A DNA stretch of 64,000 nt from Nitrososphaerota archaeon (GTDB taxonomy: Archaea > Thermoproteota > Nitrososphaeria > Nitrososphaerales > Nitrosopumilaceae), in assembly GCA_028867755.1 (NCBI GenBank), contig JAGWFT010000001.1:900727-964726 (forward strand), given 5' to 3'. The position numbers and the translations under genes are program-made. The notes under the pieces were generated by a model that was not told where the DNA came from, did not search any database, and was given only the letters and a program-made list of their open reading frames with translations. Below are positions 60,610 to 64,000 of the stretch, piece by piece; positions within the stretch are counted from its first letter, which is position 1, and each line of letters begins with the position of its first letter.

Positions 60610-60684
60610 AGCCAATGAGGGGATTTGGACCCCCGACCTTCTGATTACAAGTCAGATGCTCTAGCCAGGCTGAGCTACATTGGC
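60610..60684 (-). tRNA. tRNA-Thr: tRNA-Thr(UGU), intron-less, CCA not encoded
   Basis: Minus strand GCCAATG acceptor stem paired with CATTGGC, D-arm AGCTCAGCCTGGCTAGAGC, anticodon arm TCTGA-CTTGTAA-TCAGA and T-arm GGGGG-TCCAAAT-CCCCT. Confidence 0.96.
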
Positions 60685-60889
60685 GTTAGGTAATGGCATT
60701 TAGAGGGTGGTTTAAAATGTTATTGCGTGATGAACTGACAGATTAAGTTCATGATCGTCACCAAGAATTAGCAAAAACTGAATATCCGCGAAAGGCAAAA
60801 CCTCGCTTGTAAAAATATACTCATGATGTGGTAACTATTACACAATCAAAAGGAAACGGCTAATTATAATTTAATTCCAGACAAGAAAA

Positions 60890-61348
60890 GTGAAAAAAGA
60901 AAATTACGACAGGATAAAACTTGACAAATCTCTTCTAGCTGAAAAAAGAAGATATTTTCTTGGCAATGTTGTCTTGCACGACATTTCAAAAAATATTGGC
61001 ATTAAGGATTCAAAAGTATACTATGCAGGCTTTAAAAACGGCGCAAGAACAAAAGTTCACTATCACGAAGGGGGACAGACACTGGTTGTAACTCAGGGCT
61101 TGGGTGTTCTTGTCTTGTTTAAGGGCAAGATTCAAGGCAAGAGTGTTAGAATAAAACAAGGGGCAAGGCATGTCTTGAAAACTGGTGATATAGTGTACAT
61201 TCCAAAAAATACACTTCATTGGCACGGTGCAATAGAGAACAAAAACTTTGGGCATGTTGCATTTAATGCATTTTCAGGCAAGGGCAAAGAATCAAAAACG
61301 ATTTGGTATGATTCAGATTTTAAGACGCGCGCAATAAAAATTCTCTAA
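60890..61348 (+). CDS. Cupin domain protein
   Basis: HYHEGGQTLVVTQGLG...GDIVYIPKNTLHWHGA. GTG start. Confidence 0.88.
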   Translation: MKKENYDRIKLDKSLLAEKRRYFLGNVVLHDISKNIGIKDSKVYYAGFKNGARTKVHYHEGGQTLVVTQGLGVLVLFKGKIQGKSVRIKQGARHVLKTGDIVYIPKNTLHWHGAIENKNFGHVAFNAFSGKGKESKTIWYDSDFKTRAIKIL

Positions 61349-61364
61349 AGGTCTTTTTGATATC

Positions 61365-62210
61365 TCAAGTGTTGTGTGCCAGTGCTGTGAGCACAGTCCA
61401 TGGAAAAGTTATCTTTCCATCTTTTGTGTAGCGTACAGTGTTTTGCAGTGAATCATGTTTTATCTGGGATCTGATATTTTCTCCCATGCTCTCAATCTTG
61501 GGTCTAATTGAATTTGCAGTTGAGTGCATGTAATCATGCCAGTACTCTTCAAAGGTCCCCGCCTCATAGCTGAAAACATGTTTTGTTATTGATACATTGG
61601 AAAATCCTGCTCTCTCAAGTTCTTTTTGCAAGTCGCCAGTGTTGCCAAACCTATGTACCGTAGGGACACCTTTTGGCCTGATGTCTGGGATATATTTCAA
61701 AATGGGTGACATTATACTACTAAAATATGGTACATCTTCTGCTAGCCCATGAACTGCAAAAACAATTCTTCCATTATGTTTTAAAATTTTTCTTGCAGTT
61801 TCAAGTACTTTGTTGACATTTGGAAAAAACATGAGTCCATATTGACATAATATTTTGTCAAACACAAAGTTGAATCCAAGATTTTCTGCATCCATTTCAA
61901 AAAAATTCGCATTTGGTAAACTCATTGTTTTCTTTGCAATATGGAGTGCTGTCCTTGACAAGTCTATTCCAACCAATAACCCTGTCTTGTCAAGACGGCG
62001 AAATATCTCAGTTGAAACAGCGCCTGTTCCGCATGCAATGTCAAGCACCTTGTCTGACGGATTTATCTCTGCCAGATTTACTACTTCCACAGTGGACTTG
62101 AATGGACCTGCATGCTTGTTGGCCCAGTTGTAATGGTAATCTGGAGCAACAGCATTCCAGTTGGCTTTTGAATTAATCTTGTACTCTGTAGGATCAAAAA
62201 GTGCTACCAT
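61365..62210 (-). CDS. Class I SAM-dependent methyltransferase (UbiE-like)
   Basis: VLDIACGTG, GIDLS, MDAENL and FDKILCQYGLMFF. Confidence 0.9.
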   Translation of the reverse strand: MVALFDPTEYKINSKANWNAVAPDYHYNWANKHAGPFKSTVEVVNLAEINPSDKVLDIACGTGAVSTEIFRRLDKTGLLVGIDLSRTALHIAKKTMSLPNANFFEMDAENLGFNFVFDKILCQYGLMFFPNVNKVLETARKILKHNGRIVFAVHGLAEDVPYFSSIMSPILKYIPDIRPKGVPTVHRFGNTGDLQKELERAGFSNVSITKHVFSYEAGTFEEYWHDYMHSTANSIRPKIESMGENIRSQIKHDSLQNTVRYTKDGKITFPWTVLTALAHNT

Positions 62211-62258
62211 GCCAATCCTCTAGTCAAGGCTTAAATTAATTCTCTTTTTAGCAACTCC

Positions 62259-62519
62259 ATGCCCTCTTTTCTGGTTAGTGTGATAATAGAGAACAAGCCA
62301 GAAATTGTCGATCCTGAAGGGGATACCATCCTAAATGACCTTATTTTAAAAGACAAAAAGACATCTGTCAAAAAGATTCGTTCAGCCAAGATGCTAAGGT
62401 TTCAGATAGAAGCAAAGAGCAAAGAGCTAGCAGAGAAGGCTGTCATGGATCTGTGCAATGAATTTAGAATATATAATCCGCTAGTAAGCAAGGTCTCAGT
62501 AGACACTTCTCAAATCTAA
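62259..62519 (+). CDS. purS: Phosphoribosylformylglycinamidine synthase subunit PurS
   Basis: KPEIVDPEGDTI, IRSAK, AVMDLC...YNPLV. Confidence 0.88.
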   Translation: MPSFLVSVIIENKPEIVDPEGDTILNDLILKDKKTSVKKIRSAKMLRFQIEAKSKELAEKAVMDLCNEFRIYNPLVSKVSVDTSQI

Positions 62520-62968
62520 CTGTTTTTTACAACCTTTCTGTTTAACGCAGTACTGTCTTCCATGGCCCCATCTATGAGAAGCTTGCTGCGAAGGTACTTT
62601 GCCAGATCTGTCTCAGTTATGATGCCGGCAAGCTTACCATTGTCCAAAACTAACAGCCTGCGTATGTTCTTGTTTGTCATTTTTTGTACCGCGTCCTCAA
62701 TAGGTGTCATAGGCTCTACCCATCTAAAGTTTGGAGACATTATCTCTGATAATTGCACTTCGGAGCTTTTCTTATCAGTGGTTGAAACCTTGCGAGCAAG
62801 ATCTCTTTCTGTTACCAACCCTATCGGTGTTCCTTCTTTTACGACCACAAGTGAGCTAATGCCTTTTTCTGCCATCAGTGATGCAACATCTTTTGCTGTC
62901 TTGTCATACTCGATAGTGACTACGTTATGAACCATAATGTCGCGAACTAGGCCCATAGCTAGTACCAA
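62516..62968 (-). CDS. CBS domain pair protein
   Basis: VRDIM, GISSLVV, GLVTERD, IM, IRRLLV and GIITETD. Confidence 0.92.
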   Translation of the reverse strand: MVLAMGLVRDIMVHNVVTIEYDKTAKDVASLMAEKGISSLVVVKEGTPIGLVTERDLARKVSTTDKKSSEVQLSEIMSPNFRWVEPMTPIEDAVQKMTNKNIRRLLVLDNGKLAGIITETDLAKYLRSKLLIDGAMEDSTALNRKVVKNS

Positions 62969-63137
62969 AGAGTATTAGAATAAAAACGATGTGTTGCTTT
63001 TTGACTATTAATCTTGTAAACTATTATGAAAATTCCAAGTCGATCTATTTTTCTTACAACAAAATTTCAGTATAGTTTGCAGTTACTTGCTTCGCATACG
63101 TCCTTTTTAATTATCTGAGTTCCGATTTCTTGTACAA

Positions 63138-63183
63138 GAGACTGCGAAGCTACAGTTTCCTACCAAAACTGCTTCGCAGTTTC
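63138..63183. repeat. Intergenic 13-bp inverted repeat/hairpin with nested alternative stem
   Basis: GAGACTGCGAAGC / GCTTCGCAGTTTC; also AACTGC-TTC-GCAGTT and a duplicated CAGTTTCCTA. Confidence 0.5.
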
Positions 63184-63259
63184 CTATGGTTTATAGCTAG
63201 ACAGGGTTTCAGTGTTGTAAAAAATTGCATCTGCAACAAACAAAAGAGATGATACTGTC

Positions 63260-63880
63260 TTATGTAGGAAAAATGTCAAAACGCCCCATTCTTTTTCTGC
63301 GTTCAATTTCTATCATCAACTTTGTTAGGAACAACCCCGTGACAAATCCTCCCACGTGAGCCATGAATGCTATGGTAAGTGAAGCAAACGAACCTATGAA
63401 TACATACAAAACTTGGATTGCAAGCCAATAGTATCCACGTATGTCTCCTAGTGCAGCTGATACTCCCAGTATTCCAGATATTGCTCCTGATGCACCAATC
63501 AGTATACTATCGCCACTTGATAGTGCATAAGATGAGACAACTCCATGGAGCAGTGCGCCGCCAAGCCCTGCAGCAATGTAAAGTGTTATGAACCGTGGAA
63601 CTCCTATTGATCTTTCTGCAAAGCCTCCCATGTATGCCAAGGCAAAGAGATTGAATGCAATGTGCGCAATGTTTGCATGAATGAACATCGAAGTAAACAG
63701 TCTCAAAAGACTGTCAGATAGTGGAGAGTTGGTGTCACGGAATAATTCATTTGGGATAAAACCATAGCGCGCAATAATGTCATGCTGTGAATTGCTAAGT
63801 ATCCCATAGGCAAAGATCAAGGCATTTATTGTAATCAGTGCGGTGGTGACAGGAGCAGGACGCCCTACTAGTCTTAACAC
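63260..63880 (-). CDS. Rhomboid family intramembrane serine protease
   Basis: RLFTSMFIHANIAHIAFN, catalytic GASG and AHVGG; multiple TM helices. Confidence 0.93.
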   Translation of the reverse strand: MLRLVGRPAPVTTALITINALIFAYGILSNSQHDIIARYGFIPNELFRDTNSPLSDSLLRLFTSMFIHANIAHIAFNLFALAYMGGFAERSIGVPRFITLYIAAGLGGALLHGVVSSYALSSGDSILIGASGAISGILGVSAALGDIRGYYWLAIQVLYVFIGSFASLTIAFMAHVGGFVTGLFLTKLMIEIERRKRMGRFDIFPT

Positions 63881-64000
63881 CCTTTATTGAAATCGGTTAC
63901 ATAATAAATTGTATGAGATAAATTCTAACCAAATCTGCAAAATAAAAAGCGATCGCATTTTTTGATAAAAATCTCCTAAGCTATTTCATCCGATTCGATT

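Noticed and set aside
60727-60781. Possible C/D box sRNA (GTGATGA ... CTGA) or riboswitch upstream of the cupin gene
   Set aside because: Internal D'/C' spacing is wrong (a CTGA 1 nt after the C box, overlong second guide), and it does not match riboswitch consensus motifs I can recall. An Rfam scan would settle it.
1025-62930. The many 60-165-aa ORFs antisense to or nested in housekeeping genes (e.g. 1025..1366, 43902..44459, 44858..45355, 55100..55585)
   Set aside because: They are Ser/Phe/Ile-rich shadow ORFs of the opposite-strand genes with no motifs.
1-64000. CRISPR arrays, rRNA genes, transposases/integrases, additional tRNAs
   Set aside because: No regularly spaced repeats, rRNA-like stretches, DDE/Tyr/Ser recombinase motifs or further cloverleafs were seen by eye.

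Overview
The window is a gene-dense archaeal chromosome segment of about 40% GC. Its gene content points to an ammonia-oxidising Nitrososphaerota (Thaumarchaeota), order Nitrosopumilales; the genus cannot be fixed without a database search. That content includes ESCRT-III/Vps4 (Cdv) genes, TFB, Cdc48, a PEFG-CTERM protein, cupredoxins, uvrBAC, folate-dependent purine genes and several exported proteins with a Trp-Trp motif. Housekeeping genes include ileS, carAB, purD/purN/purS, folD, gltA, uvrABC and tRNA-Thr(UGU), interspersed with small accessory patches. The standout observation is in carB. The gene is interrupted after codon 25, inside the conserved IGxAxE|FDYSG motif, by a 20-nt insertion (10662-10681) containing a stop codon. 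The insertion folds into a bulge-helix-bulge (BHB) motif whose canonical cut sites regenerate the intact 1081-aa reading frame exactly. This looks like a tRNA-splicing-endonuclease-type intron in a protein-coding mRNA other than cbf5. Other leads are an uncharacterised gene between ESCRT-III and Vps4, an SPFH/zinc-ribbon operon, an HD-GNAT-like fusion, a degenerate direct repeat bracketing a surface-protein cassette, candidate operators and several micro-ORFs below the ORF-track threshold. No CRISPR array, rRNA, transposase or integrase was seen. All family assignments come from motif recognition by eye; no searches were run.
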